The notes: generated from the letters alone by a model not told the origin. Counted from the first letter of the stretch, positions 21,908 through 32,008 are shown. The stretch is DNA of 64,000 bases from Candidatus Aenigmatarchaeota archaeon (GCA_963726265.1 CAVSBQ010000002.1:800001-864000), one strand, 5' to 3'. Made by a program: numbers and translations.

Positions 21908-23209
21908 ATGAGCCTTGATGCTTTGTTTTCGCCGAAGTCCGTGCTTCTCGTAGGCTCCTCGAAAATAAGCGAGAAGTTCATAATGGTCAAGCCGGAGATT
22001 TTTGACAGGGTTGGCATCAACCTTAACAGGTTCTCTGTCTCGGGAAAAATAGCGATCGCGAGCGTCGAGGAGAGGCTCGACCTGAAGGCATGCGACCTCG
22101 CCGTCATAACCCTTCCGCCTGAAAAAACCCTTGAAATAATGCCGTCGCTGAAGGCGAAGGCTGCCATTATCCTTTCCGGCGGCTTTGATGCTGATCAGAG
22201 GAAAAAATTGAAGGCAATCGCCGCGTCAAAGCGCATGCGCGTGCTAGGGCCGAACTCCGTTTGCGGGGTGATAAACCCATACGTATCGCTCAACACGACC
22301 TTCGAGCCTGAGATGAAAATAAGGCCTGGCAGGATAGCGGTCATCTCGCAGTCAGGCGGCGTGGGAGTCACGCTGCTCGATTACATGGTTTCCAACGACA
22401 TCGGAGTTTCGAAGTTCGCTTGGGCCGGCGACATGGCCGACGTAAACGAGTGCGATCTGCTGGAGCACATGCTGGCCGACGAAAAGACCAGGGTCGTCCT
22501 CCTTTATCTCGAGGCGCTGAAGGAGCCGAGGAGGTTCATGGAAATCGCGAAACATGCGCGCAAGCCCGTAATAGTCCTGAAGGCCGGCGTCTCCAGGGAA
22601 TCGAGGAGCCGCGCGCTCACGCACACGGATTCGCTTTCGACCGACGCGGAGATATACTCCTCGGCCTTCAAGCAGACCGGCGTGATAGAGGCGGAAAGCG
22701 TGCGCGAGCTTTTCAGCTGCGGCCAGCTTTTCGAGAGATACGAAAAAAGGCGGATAGAAAGGATAGCCATCGTTTCCAACACCGGCGGCTCATCCATCCT
22801 TGCCGCCGACGTGTGCTACAGGCTCGGCCTCGAGCTCGCCCAGCTTTCCGGGCGGACGAAAAGCAGAATCCTCAGGCAATATCCCAAAATAAAGACGCTC
22901 AACCCGGTCGACATGGCAGCAGACGCCGACGGCGAGCGCTACAAGTTCGTTCTCGACGCGGTGGCGGGGGATGCGCATGTCGACGCCATCATCATAATAA
23001 GCCAGTTCAAGTCCTGCTTGCTTAAGCCGGAGGATCTCGATGCGCTCAAGAGAGTGAAGACCGGCAAGGTCGTCGTCGCCTGCGCGCCGGGCGACGAAGA
23101 TTACAGGAAAGCGAGGTTCTTCCTGCGCGACTCCTTCCCGTTGTACAGCTCCGTGGACGACGCCGTGAAGGCCCTGAAAAAAGCGGCGGAATACGGAAAA
23201 CGGTTTTAA
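21908..23209 (+). CDS. acdA: Acetate-CoA ligase (ADP-forming) alpha subunit
   Basis: VLGPNSVCG, ISQSGG, LYLE, THTDSL (phospho-His), SNTGG, NPVD. Confidence 0.85.
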   Translation: MSLDALFSPKSVLLVGSSKISEKFIMVKPEIFDRVGINLNRFSVSGKIAIASVEERLDLKACDLAVITLPPEKTLEIMPSLKAKAAIILSGGFDADQRKKLKAIAASKRMRVLGPNSVCGVINPYVSLNTTFEPEMKIRPGRIAVISQSGGVGVTLLDYMVSNDIGVSKFAWAGDMADVNECDLLEHMLADEKTRVVLLYLEALKEPRRFMEIAKHARKPVIVLKAGVSRESRSRALTHTDSLSTDAEIYSSAFKQTGVIEAESVRELFSCGQLFERYEKRRIERIAIVSNTGGSSILAADVCYRLGLELAQLSGRTKSRILRQYPKIKTLNPVDMAADADGERYKFVLDAVAGDAHVDAIIIISQFKSCLLKPEDLDALKRVKTGKVVVACAPGDEDYRKARFFLRDSFPLYSSVDDAVKALKKAAEYGKRF

Positions 23210-23256
23210 AGACTGCTGGGCTATTTATAAAAAACGGTTTGGTTTGGGGTGGTTAT

Positions 23257-24168
23257 ATGACCAGGCATTTCCTGACGTTGCTGGATTTTTCCGAAAAGGA
23301 GGTAAGGCACATACTTGACCTTGCCATAAAGCTGAAGGCAGGCGAGGTCGATCACAAGCTCGAAGGCAAGACCCTCGGCATGCTTTTCGAGAAACCCTCG
23401 ACGCGGACCAGGGTTTCTTTCGAGGCGGGCATGACGCAGCTTGGAGGCCATGCAATATTCATAGACATGCGCACGACCCAGCTAGGCCGCGGCGAGACGA
23501 TAGAGGACACCGCGCGCACGCTGGAAAGGTATTGCGACATCGTGATGGCGAGGGTGAACAACCACAGCGACCTCGATAAAATGGCCGGAGTATCGAAAAT
23601 CCCGATAATAAACGGGCTAAGCGAAAAATTTCACCCGTGCCAGACCATGGCGGACATGATGACCGTGCTCGAAAAAAAGGGAAGGCTCGACGACCTGAAA
23701 GTCGTCTTCCTAGGCGACTGCGGCTTCAACATGTTCAACTCGACAATGATAGGCTTTTCCAAAATGTGGTCGAACGTAGTGGGCATCTGCCCTCCGAAAA
23801 GCGAATACATGCCCAAGCCTGAAATCTTCGAGCGCGCGAAGAAGCAGGCCAAGGGCAGCATAAAGATGGAGCACGACCCGGTAAAGGGGATAAAGGACGC
23901 GGACGTCGTCCATACCGACGCCTGGGTCTCGATGGGCCAGGAAAACGCGGAGGAGAGGATAAGGGAATTCAAGCCATACCAGCTCAACGCGGAGCTTCTC
24001 CGCCACGCGAAAGCGGACGCGATAGTGATGCATTGCCTGCCCGCGCACCGCGGGCATGAGATAACCAACGACGTCATAGACGGCCCGCAGTCCGTCGTGT
24101 TCGACCAGGCCGAGAACCGCCTGCACGTGCAGAAGGCCATAATGCTTTACCTGCTGAAAGGCGTGTGA
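23257..24168 (+). CDS. argF: Ornithine carbamoyltransferase
   Basis: FEKPSTRTRVSF, HPCQ, TDAWVSMG, HCLP, AENRLH. Confidence 0.95.
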   Translation: MTRHFLTLLDFSEKEVRHILDLAIKLKAGEVDHKLEGKTLGMLFEKPSTRTRVSFEAGMTQLGGHAIFIDMRTTQLGRGETIEDTARTLERYCDIVMARVNNHSDLDKMAGVSKIPIINGLSEKFHPCQTMADMMTVLEKKGRLDDLKVVFLGDCGFNMFNSTMIGFSKMWSNVVGICPPKSEYMPKPEIFERAKKQAKGSIKMEHDPVKGIKDADVVHTDAWVSMGQENAEERIREFKPYQLNAELLRHAKADAIVMHCLPAHRGHEITNDVIDGPQSVVFDQAENRLHVQKAIMLYLLKGV

Positions 24169-24217
24169 AGGGCATGAAACTTTTATTTAGCCTGAACTCA
24201 TATTAAGAAACGGGAAC

Positions 24218-24382
24218 ATGTGCTTCGCGCTGACGGGAAAGGTGTTGGGTGTCGATGGCAAGGAGGCGCTTGTCGATTTCGACGGCATCCGGAGGAAAGC
24301 GAATGCCGAGTTCATAAAGGTCAGGAAGGGCGACAGCGTCGTCGTGTTCAGCGGCTTCGTGATAGAGAAGATTAAAGCCTGA
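24218..24382 (+). CDS. HypC/HupF-like small protein (54 aa, absent from the ORF track)
   Basis: MCFALTGKVLGVDGKEALVDFDGIRRKANAEFIKVRKGDSVVVFSGFVIEKIKA matches the HypC pattern, but the usual His of vHvG is replaced. Confidence 0.75.
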   Translation: MCFALTGKVLGVDGKEALVDFDGIRRKANAEFIKVRKGDSVVVFSGFVIEKIKA

Positions 24383-24392
24383 AAATTTTGAT

Positions 24393-24917
24393 GTGAATTA
24401 TATGTTCAAGGTATTGCCGATAAAGGACAGGGAGCTTTTCCTGCGCTACGCCATACCATGCGGCGAGTTCCTGGTGAAGAGAGGCGAGGTCAAACAGGAG
24501 CTTCTCTCGAAGCTCAACGACGTGGTCAGGAATGGCCAGGAGACCGACATTCCAATAGAGAAGACGTTCAAGGTCGCCTCCAGGATGTGCACGATTCTGG
24601 CGAAACAAATGGGCAAGAAGGAGATAGACGCCGATGTCATCAGGCGCTACTTCCTCGTCGAGCATGAAAATGCGATAAGATGGAGGAAGCAGATCAGGCC
24701 GGAGCTCAAGCTCGAGGAATGTCTTGTTTACCCTGGCAGGGTCTTGAAACTAGGGAACGAGAGCGTCCTCGTCAAAACGCCATTAGGAGAGCGCCTGTTC
24801 AGGGACGACTTCGCGAACGGGATAAAGGCGAATGACTGGGTGAGCGTGCATTACGATTACATCGCCGAAAAGATAAGCCCGGACCACGTCCGCATGATGA
24901 GGAGACTCAACAGATGA
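24393..24917 (+). CDS. DUF6390-like protein with HypC-like C-terminal domain
   Basis: LFLRYAIPC N-terminus; C-terminal CLVYPGRV...DWVSVHYDYIAEKI; exact start uncertain. Confidence 0.55.
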   Translation: MNYMFKVLPIKDRELFLRYAIPCGEFLVKRGEVKQELLSKLNDVVRNGQETDIPIEKTFKVASRMCTILAKQMGKKEIDADVIRRYFLVEHENAIRWRKQIRPELKLEECLVYPGRVLKLGNESVLVKTPLGERLFRDDFANGIKANDWVSVHYDYIAEKISPDHVRMMRRLNR

Positions 24918-25828
24918 AGATGAACAACAAGGAAATGTTCGGGACGACGCTAGCGATATTCGCAGCGGTGGTCAGCGGCATTGCCATACCCCTGAACAAG
25001 ATTTTCGTCGTCGACATCGACCCGGCCGTCTTCACAGCAGTCCGCGCCGTGATAATAGGCCTCGTTTTCCTTCTTATATCGTTCCAGACGCACGGCATGA
25101 GCAGGAAGCTGTTCAGGCACGACTGGAAGTATTTCATCTTCATCGCGGTCGTCGGAGGCGCGCTCGCATTCCTGATGTTCTTCACCGGCCTGAAGCTCAC
25201 GACCGCTGGCAGGGCGGCCTTCATACAGAAAACGCTGCCCATTTACATCGCCTTATTCGCGTTCGCCTTCCTGAAGGAAAAAATCCCGAGGAAGCAGTTC
25301 GCCGCGCTCGCGGTCATGCTGGTGGGGCTGCTGCTCATCGTTTCGACGCAGATAAACCCCGCCGAGCTATGGATGGACCCGCAGCTCGGCGACATGCTGG
25401 TCCTGGGAGCGACGGTGCTGTGGGCGCTCGAAAGCGTGGCCGCCAAGAAGGTCATGAGCGACGGCGCGAAGAACTCGATAGTCTCGTTCGCCAGGATGTT
25501 CTTCGGAGGGCTCGTGCTTTTCGGTGCGGTGGCGCTCACGAACAAGTTCAGTGCCCTTTTCACGCTCACAGTGCAGCAGTGGAACAACATATTCGTTTCG
25601 ACGGTAGTGCTGTTCGGCTACGTCCTGTTCTGGTTCTGGAGCCTGCGCTACATCAACGTTTCAAAGGCTTCGATACTGCTGCTGATTGCGCCAGTCGTTT
25701 CGCTCGTGGCGGGCGTCATGTGGCTCGGCGAGCCCGCGCCGCTCATGCAGCTCGTCGGCAGCGCGGCCATCCTGATAGGCGCGTATTTCGTGGCCAACAT
25801 AAGAAGCGAGATGAAGACGGGCGTTTAA
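24914..25828 (+). CDS. EamA/DMT family transporter
   Basis: About 10 TM helices in two repeats, FLKEK and WLGEP motifs; ATGA overlap with the upstream gene. Confidence 0.9.
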   Translation: MKMNNKEMFGTTLAIFAAVVSGIAIPLNKIFVVDIDPAVFTAVRAVIIGLVFLLISFQTHGMSRKLFRHDWKYFIFIAVVGGALAFLMFFTGLKLTTAGRAAFIQKTLPIYIALFAFAFLKEKIPRKQFAALAVMLVGLLLIVSTQINPAELWMDPQLGDMLVLGATVLWALESVAAKKVMSDGAKNSIVSFARMFFGGLVLFGAVALTNKFSALFTLTVQQWNNIFVSTVVLFGYVLFWFWSLRYINVSKASILLLIAPVVSLVAGVMWLGEPAPLMQLVGSAAILIGAYFVANIRSEMKTGV

Positions 25829-26037
25829 CGTTTTCCGCGATGAAAATAGCAATACCCTATTCCCACATTTAACCTCAGCGCGATTTGTGGACACATGTTA
25901 TCTGCCACCGGATATACTCTCTTTTCTTGAGATGTGCCCGATAATCTCTCTATTGCATGGACTCTGAAATGCGCCAGTTCAGCTTCTGTAACAGCAACTG
26001 GGTGAAACAACGGATAGAAAGGATCTTCTCGTCCCAT
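25825..26037 (-). CDS. Possible small orphan protein (70 aa)
   Basis: MGREDPFYPLFHP...YCYFHRGKR fills an otherwise empty gap; TTTATAAA about 25 nt upstream of the ATG. Confidence 0.35.
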   Translation of the reverse strand: MGREDPFYPLFHPVAVTEAELAHFRVHAIERLSGTSQEKRVYPVADNMCPQIALRLNVGIGYCYFHRGKR

Positions 26038-26059
26038 TCTTATAAAAGCGAAGAAAAGT

Positions 26060-26785
26060 TTATAAAATCTTATTGTTCCATGCCTTTCTTTCGCCAAAGA
26101 TGGCCGTGCCGACCCTGACCATGTTCGCCCCTTCTTCTATCGCTGCGGCGAAGTCGCCGCTCATGCCCATCGAGAGATAGCGCATCTCAACATGCGGGAT
26201 TTCTTTTGCAGCAAGCGAATCGAACAGTTTTTTCATGCCGCGGAAGACGGGCCTCGCTTTTTCCGGGTTGTCGAAGAGCGGGCCGATGGTCATTAGCCCC
26301 TGAATTTTTATGCCTTCAAACCTTGAAGCGCATTTCAGGAAATTTTCCAGCTCGCAGGCGCGGATGCCGAAATGCTTTTTATCGTCCGTGAGCACCTCGA
26401 CGAGAACGGGCATGCGCTTTCCCGTTTCGAGCGCTGCGCCGCTTATTTTTTCCGCAAGCTTCAGCGAGTCGACCGATTGGACCATGTCGCATAGTGCGAC
26501 TGCCTTCCTCGCCTTGCTGCCCTGCAGGTGGCCGATGAAATGCTTCCTCGCATCCGGGAAAAGCGGGAATTTTCGTTCGGCTTCCTGGATGCGGTTCTCC
26601 CCGATGTCCGCAAGGCCGGAATCAAGCGCTTCTTTTATGCGCTCCGGAGCGAAGGTCTTAGACACTCCCACAAGAACTATAGCCTCCGGATTCCTGCCGC
26701 TCCTCGCTGCCGCTTCCGCTATCGCTCTCCTGACAGAAACCAGATTTTCACTTATGCGCTTTTTATCCGCTTCCCCGCATTCCAT
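26060..26785 (-). CDS. yggS: YggS family PLP homeostasis protein
   Basis: VSKT, GENRIQEA, HFIGHLQ, GLMTI, LSMGMSGD, MVRVGTAIFG. Confidence 0.95.
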   Translation of the reverse strand: MECGEADKKRISENLVSVRRAIAEAAARSGRNPEAIVLVGVSKTFAPERIKEALDSGLADIGENRIQEAERKFPLFPDARKHFIGHLQGSKARKAVALCDMVQSVDSLKLAEKISGAALETGKRMPVLVEVLTDDKKHFGIRACELENFLKCASRFEGIKIQGLMTIGPLFDNPEKARPVFRGMKKLFDSLAAKEIPHVEMRYLSMGMSGDFAAAIEEGANMVRVGTAIFGERKAWNNKIL

Positions 26786-27256
26786 TCAGACCCTTCTGGT
26801 AAGCAGCTCGACGTGGTCGGCGACGTTCTGCAGCGCCCTGGAGAAGCCTGGGTTTATGCCGACGATTATGATGGTCTTCCCCTTTTCCTTGGCGAGCTGT
26901 AGCGCAGGCAGGTAATCCGCGTCCCTCGAGGCCAGCGCTATAACGTCAATCCTGTCGTTGAACGCGGCATTGACAATTTCGACGGCGACGCTGACGTCCA
27001 CGTCGGCTTCGGCCTCGCCGGCGAGCACGACTTTCGGCTCGAGGCCCTGGTTGGCGACCGCCTCTATGAGCTTGTCCGGGGCGTGCTGGTTCAGGAAAAC
27101 CTTGCCCATGATTATCCTCCCGTGCTTCTCCACGCTTCTCCTCAGCTCGTCAAGGTCTATGCTGAACTCGCGCCTTATTATGTTAGGGCCGTCGACGAAC
27201 AGCGCGACGTTCCTCTTGCTGCCTTCTCTCTTTCGGTTGAAAAACACGATTATCAC
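26786..27256 (-). CDS. NYN domain protein (TIGR00288-like)
   Basis: LFVDGPN, DVDV, LASRDADYLP, FSRALQNVAD. Confidence 0.88.
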   Translation of the reverse strand: MIIVFFNRKREGSKRNVALFVDGPNIIRREFSIDLDELRRSVEKHGRIIMGKVFLNQHAPDKLIEAVANQGLEPKVVLAGEAEADVDVSVAVEIVNAAFNDRIDVIALASRDADYLPALQLAKEKGKTIIIVGINPGFSRALQNVADHVELLTRRV

Positions 27257-27396
27257 CGCTTATTTTTATTTGGCAAAAGTGTCATTCTGCGATTCCCAAG
27301 ACATTCCACCAGATTAATTTATAAATAAAACCCAATATTAAAAAGATTTAATATATCAAATGCAATAATTAGGAATTGAAACGGCGGTGTTTTGCC

Positions 27397-28590
27397 ATGT
27401 TCGAGAACATTCCAAGCAAATACGACGTCATAGTCGTGGGAGTCGGCCCGGCAGGCTCATCGGTGGCGAGGTTCTGCGCTGAAAAGGGCCTTAGCGTCCT
27501 CGCAGTCGAGAAGCGCCAGGAAATCGGCAGCCCGAAGCGATGTGGGGAAGGCCTTTCAAAAGCGGCCGTGGAAAGGATGGGCATAAAGGTCGACGAGGCG
27601 TGGGTCAGCCGCGTCATACGAGGGGCAAGCATCTACGCCCCGAACGGCAAGAAAATAACCGCCGACTTCATGGGGCCGGAAGGCTGGGTCATAGAAAGGA
27701 AAACGTTTGACAAATACCTTGCGAGAATCGCTGCCCAGGCCGGCGCAAGAATCCTCACGAAAACCGAAGTCATCAGCGTTTGCAGGAAAGGCAGGGGATT
27801 TGCGGCCGAGATGTGGTCTGGCGGCGAGATGTTCGAGGCCGAGTGCAGAGTCCTGGTCGCGTGCGACGGCGTGGAATCGCGCATACCCAGGATGGTCGGC
27901 ATAGACACGACCCTTCCCCTGGCGGACTTATGCTCGTGCGCCCAGTTCGAGATGACGGGCATAAGCATAGACCCGGACATGATCGAGCTCTACTTCGGCA
28001 ACGCTATCGCGCCGGGCGGATACGTCTGGATATTCCCGAAGGGCAAGGACACCGCGAACGTCGGCATAGGCGTGCGCAAGCCGTTCTCCAAGAAAGCCGC
28101 GGTCAAATACCTCAGGGCTTTCATAAGCAGCAGGGATTCGCTTCGGAAAGGCTCGACCATCGAGATGAATTCGGGCGGCGTGCCCGTGGGCGGCTTCCTG
28201 AAAAGCATGGTCGATGACAATTTCATGATAGTGGGCGACGCCGCGCACCAGGTCAACCCGATACACGGCGGAGGCATAGCGGAGGCGTATGTCGCCGGCC
28301 GCATAGCGGCCGAGACGATCGCGAAGGCTGCGAAAAAACACGACTTTTCCAAGAAGGCGCTTTACGAATACGAAAAGAGATGGTGGCATGAGCGCGGGGA
28401 GAAGCTGAAGAAAACCCTGAAGCTCCGCATGGTCATCGAGAGCCTGAGCGACGACGAGCTGAACTGGCTGGCCGGCTACCTCAAGGGCGAGGAGCTGGTT
28501 GAGCTTGCGCATTCGTCGGGCTTCAAGCGCCTGGCCATGCTGCTGATGAAAAAGCCGAGGCTTATCATCATCGCGAAAAAGCTTTTATAG
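27397..28590 (+). CDS. Geranylgeranyl reductase (digeranylgeranylglycerophospholipid reductase family)
   Basis: GVGPAG, RCGEG, PGGYVWIFPK, GDAA..VNPIHGGG. Confidence 0.88.
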   Translation: MFENIPSKYDVIVVGVGPAGSSVARFCAEKGLSVLAVEKRQEIGSPKRCGEGLSKAAVERMGIKVDEAWVSRVIRGASIYAPNGKKITADFMGPEGWVIERKTFDKYLARIAAQAGARILTKTEVISVCRKGRGFAAEMWSGGEMFEAECRVLVACDGVESRIPRMVGIDTTLPLADLCSCAQFEMTGISIDPDMIELYFGNAIAPGGYVWIFPKGKDTANVGIGVRKPFSKKAAVKYLRAFISSRDSLRKGSTIEMNSGGVPVGGFLKSMVDDNFMIVGDAAHQVNPIHGGGIAEAYVAGRIAAETIAKAAKKHDFSKKALYEYEKRWWHERGEKLKKTLKLRMVIESLSDDELNWLAGYLKGEELVELAHSSGFKRLAMLLMKKPRLIIIAKKLL

Positions 28591-28624
28591 TCGCCGGGCA
28601 TTAAAAGGAATCCGGAGCGGTAAA

Positions 28625-29290
28625 ATGAAATGCAGGAGATGCGGCAGCGCTTTGAAGGAAGGATGGAAGTTCTGCCCCAGCTGCGGCTTCCTGCTGGAGA
28701 AAGAGCAGCACGGCGCTTTCAGCGACGTTTTCGAGAGGATGGAGCACGAAATGAAAGACATGAACAGGGCTTTCGAAAAGAATTTTGAGTTTGCCGACCT
28801 TATGCCGATGTTCCCCAGGAACACGAGGCCGGTGAGAGGCAGCGGCTTCTCCATAAGGATATCGCAGTCAGGCGACGGGAGGCCGAAGGTCGACGTCCAG
28901 ACTTTCGGCGACGTTAACAGGAAGCAGGTCGAGAGCGAGGCCAGCAGGCTCGGCTTCAGGGACCGCCTTTCAAAGGCGCTCAAGCCTGAAAAAAAGGAGC
29001 AGGAACCGCAGCGGCCAGGGCAGAGCAGGGGCGTGTGCCTCGCCGCGGCGAAAACGACGGAAGAGCCCGAGACGTGCGTCAGGAACGTCGCCGGCAGGAT
29101 AGTGGCCGAGATAAAGCTGCCCGGCGTGAAGGGACCTGAAGACATCGAGATAAAGCAGCTCGACAATTCAATCGAGCTGAAGGCCATCGCAGGCGACAAG
29201 GCGTATTTCAAGATCCTCACCAAGCCGCCGCAGAAGGCCATCGCCAGGCGGGAGTTCAGGAAAGGGACGCTCTTCGTAGAATTCGCGTAG
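28625..29290 (+). CDS. Zinc-ribbon plus Hsp20-like protein
   Basis: CRRC...FCPSCG; GSGFSIRI; EPET...IKLPGV...SIELKA..KAYFK. Confidence 0.75.
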   Translation: MKCRRCGSALKEGWKFCPSCGFLLEKEQHGAFSDVFERMEHEMKDMNRAFEKNFEFADLMPMFPRNTRPVRGSGFSIRISQSGDGRPKVDVQTFGDVNRKQVESEASRLGFRDRLSKALKPEKKEQEPQRPGQSRGVCLAAAKTTEEPETCVRNVAGRIVAEIKLPGVKGPEDIEIKQLDNSIELKAIAGDKAYFKILTKPPQKAIARREFRKGTLFVEFA

Positions 29291-29362
29291 ATTTTCCACC
29301 CGCAGCTTTACGGTTTTTACGGAATTGTTTACAATTTATATTAGCCGTTCCAATATTTCTAT

Positions 29363-30256
29363 GTGAAAAACAAAATTCCATTTTTGCCGTTGCCATACGA
29401 CAAAGTCAGGAAAATAACAGAGCACTTTCTAGGGCTGGGCGAGAACCTTTCGAAGATGTTTCCATCGCTCGAGTTCGATTTGGAGCAGTCGGGCTTCGAC
29501 ATCTCCCCTCGCCGCTGGATGTCCGTCGCGCTTTTCGCGTTCATGTTCTATTTTACCCTCATATTCGCCACGGTTTTCATCGTCACGCTTGCCGCGAAAA
29601 TCGAGATGGTCAGGTCGCTGACCGTCGCCGGGTTTGCCGGCCTGGCTATCGGCATTGGAACGTTCATGTTCCTCAGCTTCTACCCGAAGCTCTCCGCGCA
29701 GAAAAGGGTGAACGACATAGAGAAGAACCTGCCCTACGTCCTGCACCACATCCTGGTCCAGGTGCGCTCTGGCGTCCCCCTTTATGACACGCTCGTCTCG
29801 ATAGCGAGGGGCGATTACGGCACGCTCTCGCGCGAGATGCGCAGGGTCGTGAACGAGATAAACACCGGCAAATCAGAGGCGGAAGCGCTGGAGAAGATAA
29901 CCAGGGAGACGCCGTCGTTCTTCTTCCGCCGCGTGATGTGGCAGGTCATAAACGCGCTCAAGTCCGGTGCGGACGTCGGCGTTACCATGAAGGAAATCGT
30001 CGACAACCTCGCGGTGGAGCAGAGGGTCGCCATCAAGAAATACGGCGCGCAGCTCAACCCGCTCGCCCTGATGTACATGCTTTTCGCGGTCATCTTCCCG
30101 ACGCTGGGCATAACCTTCTTGCTCGTGCTCTCGTCGTTCACGGGCATCAAGTTCAACCTGGAGCTCGTGCTCACGGGCATAATAGGCGTAATCGTGCTCT
30201 TCCAGTTCATGTTCATAGGCCTGATAAAATCGAGGAGGCCGACAGGCATAGACTGA
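29363..30256 (+). CDS. Type II secretion system F / type IV pilus platform protein
   Basis: IEKNLPYVL, SGVPL, YGTLSREM, TM pattern. Confidence 0.88.
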   Translation: MKNKIPFLPLPYDKVRKITEHFLGLGENLSKMFPSLEFDLEQSGFDISPRRWMSVALFAFMFYFTLIFATVFIVTLAAKIEMVRSLTVAGFAGLAIGIGTFMFLSFYPKLSAQKRVNDIEKNLPYVLHHILVQVRSGVPLYDTLVSIARGDYGTLSREMRRVVNEINTGKSEAEALEKITRETPSFFFRRVMWQVINALKSGADVGVTMKEIVDNLAVEQRVAIKKYGAQLNPLALMYMLFAVIFPTLGITFLLVLSSFTGIKFNLELVLTGIIGVIVLFQFMFIGLIKSRRPTGID

Positions 30257-30276
30257 GACGCATAAGGCGATAAGAT

Positions 30277-31230
30277 ATGATATACAGGTTTTTCCCGCAG
30301 AAATACAGGGAGGGCATCCGCGAGAAGCTGCTCTATGCGGGCATGACGGGGACGGCGGAATCCTACATCAACAAATCTTTCATGATCAGCCTCATACTCG
30401 CGGCCGCGCTCGCGGTCCTGGTGAGGGCGTATGCGCTTCCGGTTTTCATAGGCATTTTCGGAGGCGTTTTCCTGCTGGCGAACGCCTATCTCACGCTCGC
30501 CGTGGATAAGCGCAAGAACTTCGTCGAGAACGTCCTTCCAGACGCGCTCGAGCTGATGGCGGCGAACATGCGCGCGGGCTTCATACCGAGCAAGGCTCTG
30601 CTGCTCAGCGCGCGCAGCGAATTTGGCCCGCTCTCGGAGGCGATAAAGAAGTCCGGCAAGGAAATCATCACCGGCAAGTCGCTGGCAGAAGGGCTCAACG
30701 AAATACCCAAATACATAAAGTCGGACATACTGCGGCGCGCGATAACCCTGATAAACGAGGGCTCCAAGTATGGCGGCCAGCTGGTTTCGCTGCTCGATGA
30801 GAGCGCCATCGACATCCGCAGGAAGCAGGCCATAAATAAGGAGATAAAGGCGAACATCATAATGTACGGCATATTCATCGTCTTCGCCGGCGTCCTGGCC
30901 GCGCCGGTGCTTTACGCGCTGTCGCTTTACCTCATAACCACGCTCACCTCTCTCGGCGGGGCAAACGTGGCCAACGCAGAGGTGATTTCGAAAGGCGTGT
31001 CGCTGTTCAAGGGCGGGGTCAAGGTCTCGCCGGAATTCCTTTTCATGTTCTCGATATGCTCGATAATGGTAACCACGTTCTTCTCCGGCCTGATAATAGG
31101 CCTGATAGAGACGGGCAAGGAGAAGGGCGGCATAAAATACGTCCCAGTGTTCATGATAATAGCCCTGGTAGTCTTCCTCGGGGCGAACTTCGTCATAGGC
31201 CTCATGTTCTCCGGCATGATGCCTCATTAA
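30277..31230 (+). CDS. Type II secretion system F / type IV pilus platform protein
   Basis: LPDALELMAANMRAG, EFGPLS, GGQL..LL. Confidence 0.88.
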   Translation: MIYRFFPQKYREGIREKLLYAGMTGTAESYINKSFMISLILAAALAVLVRAYALPVFIGIFGGVFLLANAYLTLAVDKRKNFVENVLPDALELMAANMRAGFIPSKALLLSARSEFGPLSEAIKKSGKEIITGKSLAEGLNEIPKYIKSDILRRAITLINEGSKYGGQLVSLLDESAIDIRRKQAINKEIKANIIMYGIFIVFAGVLAAPVLYALSLYLITTLTSLGGANVANAEVISKGVSLFKGGVKVSPEFLFMFSICSIMVTTFFSGLIIGLIETGKEKGGIKYVPVFMIIALVVFLGANFVIGLMFSGMMPH

Positions 31231-31347
31231 TCCGGCAAATTCTATAAAGAGTTTCAAGAAAGCTTCAGAAAGATTCAACGCATACCCGCAATCAAAACAA
31301 GCGAATAGTATTTATACCAGTTTAAACCAATTATAAATTGATCAATT

Positions 31348-31812
31348 ATGAAATTTGCAAATAAGAAGGCACAGTCCGCGATGGAGTATCTGATGACGTA
31401 CGGTTGGGCAATCCTGATCGTCATAATAGTGGCGGCAGCGTTATACGCGTTAGGCGTATTCAATCCAGCGACATTCACAGGACGAACAGCGACGGGCTTC
31501 CAGACGATCGGTGCGCCGACTGACTGGGACTTGAAGCAGCGATCGGTGATTTGACATTAAAACTTGCCAACAACAAAATGTCAACTGCGCTGACCATATC
31601 ACAACATAACTGCTACAATCAGTGGCACAGGACTCAGTACATACCGACTAGACATCCGGTGCTTGGTCCGGGCGCAGCAACACAGTATAACGTTCTCGAC
31701 TGTCCGGTACTAGACACCAGGCTCAACATACTCGGTCAAAATATCCGTACTTTACAATGCTGGCGGACTCGACCACACGGACACGGGGACTGTGACTGGT
31801 ACTGTGAGTTAA
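31348..31812 (+). CDS. Archaeal type IV pilin with several frameshifts in its globular domain
   Basis: KKAQSAMEYLMTYGWAILIV class III signal; pilin-like segments LTLKLAN, NITATISG, VLGPGAA and GSTYSVKISVLYN...HTDTGTVTGTVS* switch frame repeatedly. Confidence 0.8.
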
Positions 31813-31823
31813 AGCTGAAGAGA

Positions 31824-31910
31824 TTTCTTTTTTACTCTTTTTTGATTTTTTTATTTTTAGCTACGCAGACATGCGTAGCTTATTTTGTTTTTTGCTGTTT
31901 TTTTTTTGCC
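31824..31910 (+). terminator. T-rich terminator region with hairpin
   Basis: Several oligo-T runs; AGCTACGCA-GACA-TGCGTAGCT at 31859-31880. Confidence 0.55.
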
Positions 31911-32008
31911 CTTGTTTAAGTTGATTGTTTTTTATACGCTTCAGACAAATCTATATTATAGCATAAACAGCGGGAATGCAGCAGGCTTTTGACTCTTGGC
32001 GGATGTGC

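Noticed and set aside
12474..31812. Diversity-generating retroelement behind the variable surface genes
   Set aside because: No reverse transcriptase and no template/variable repeat pair with adenine-specific mismatches seen in the window
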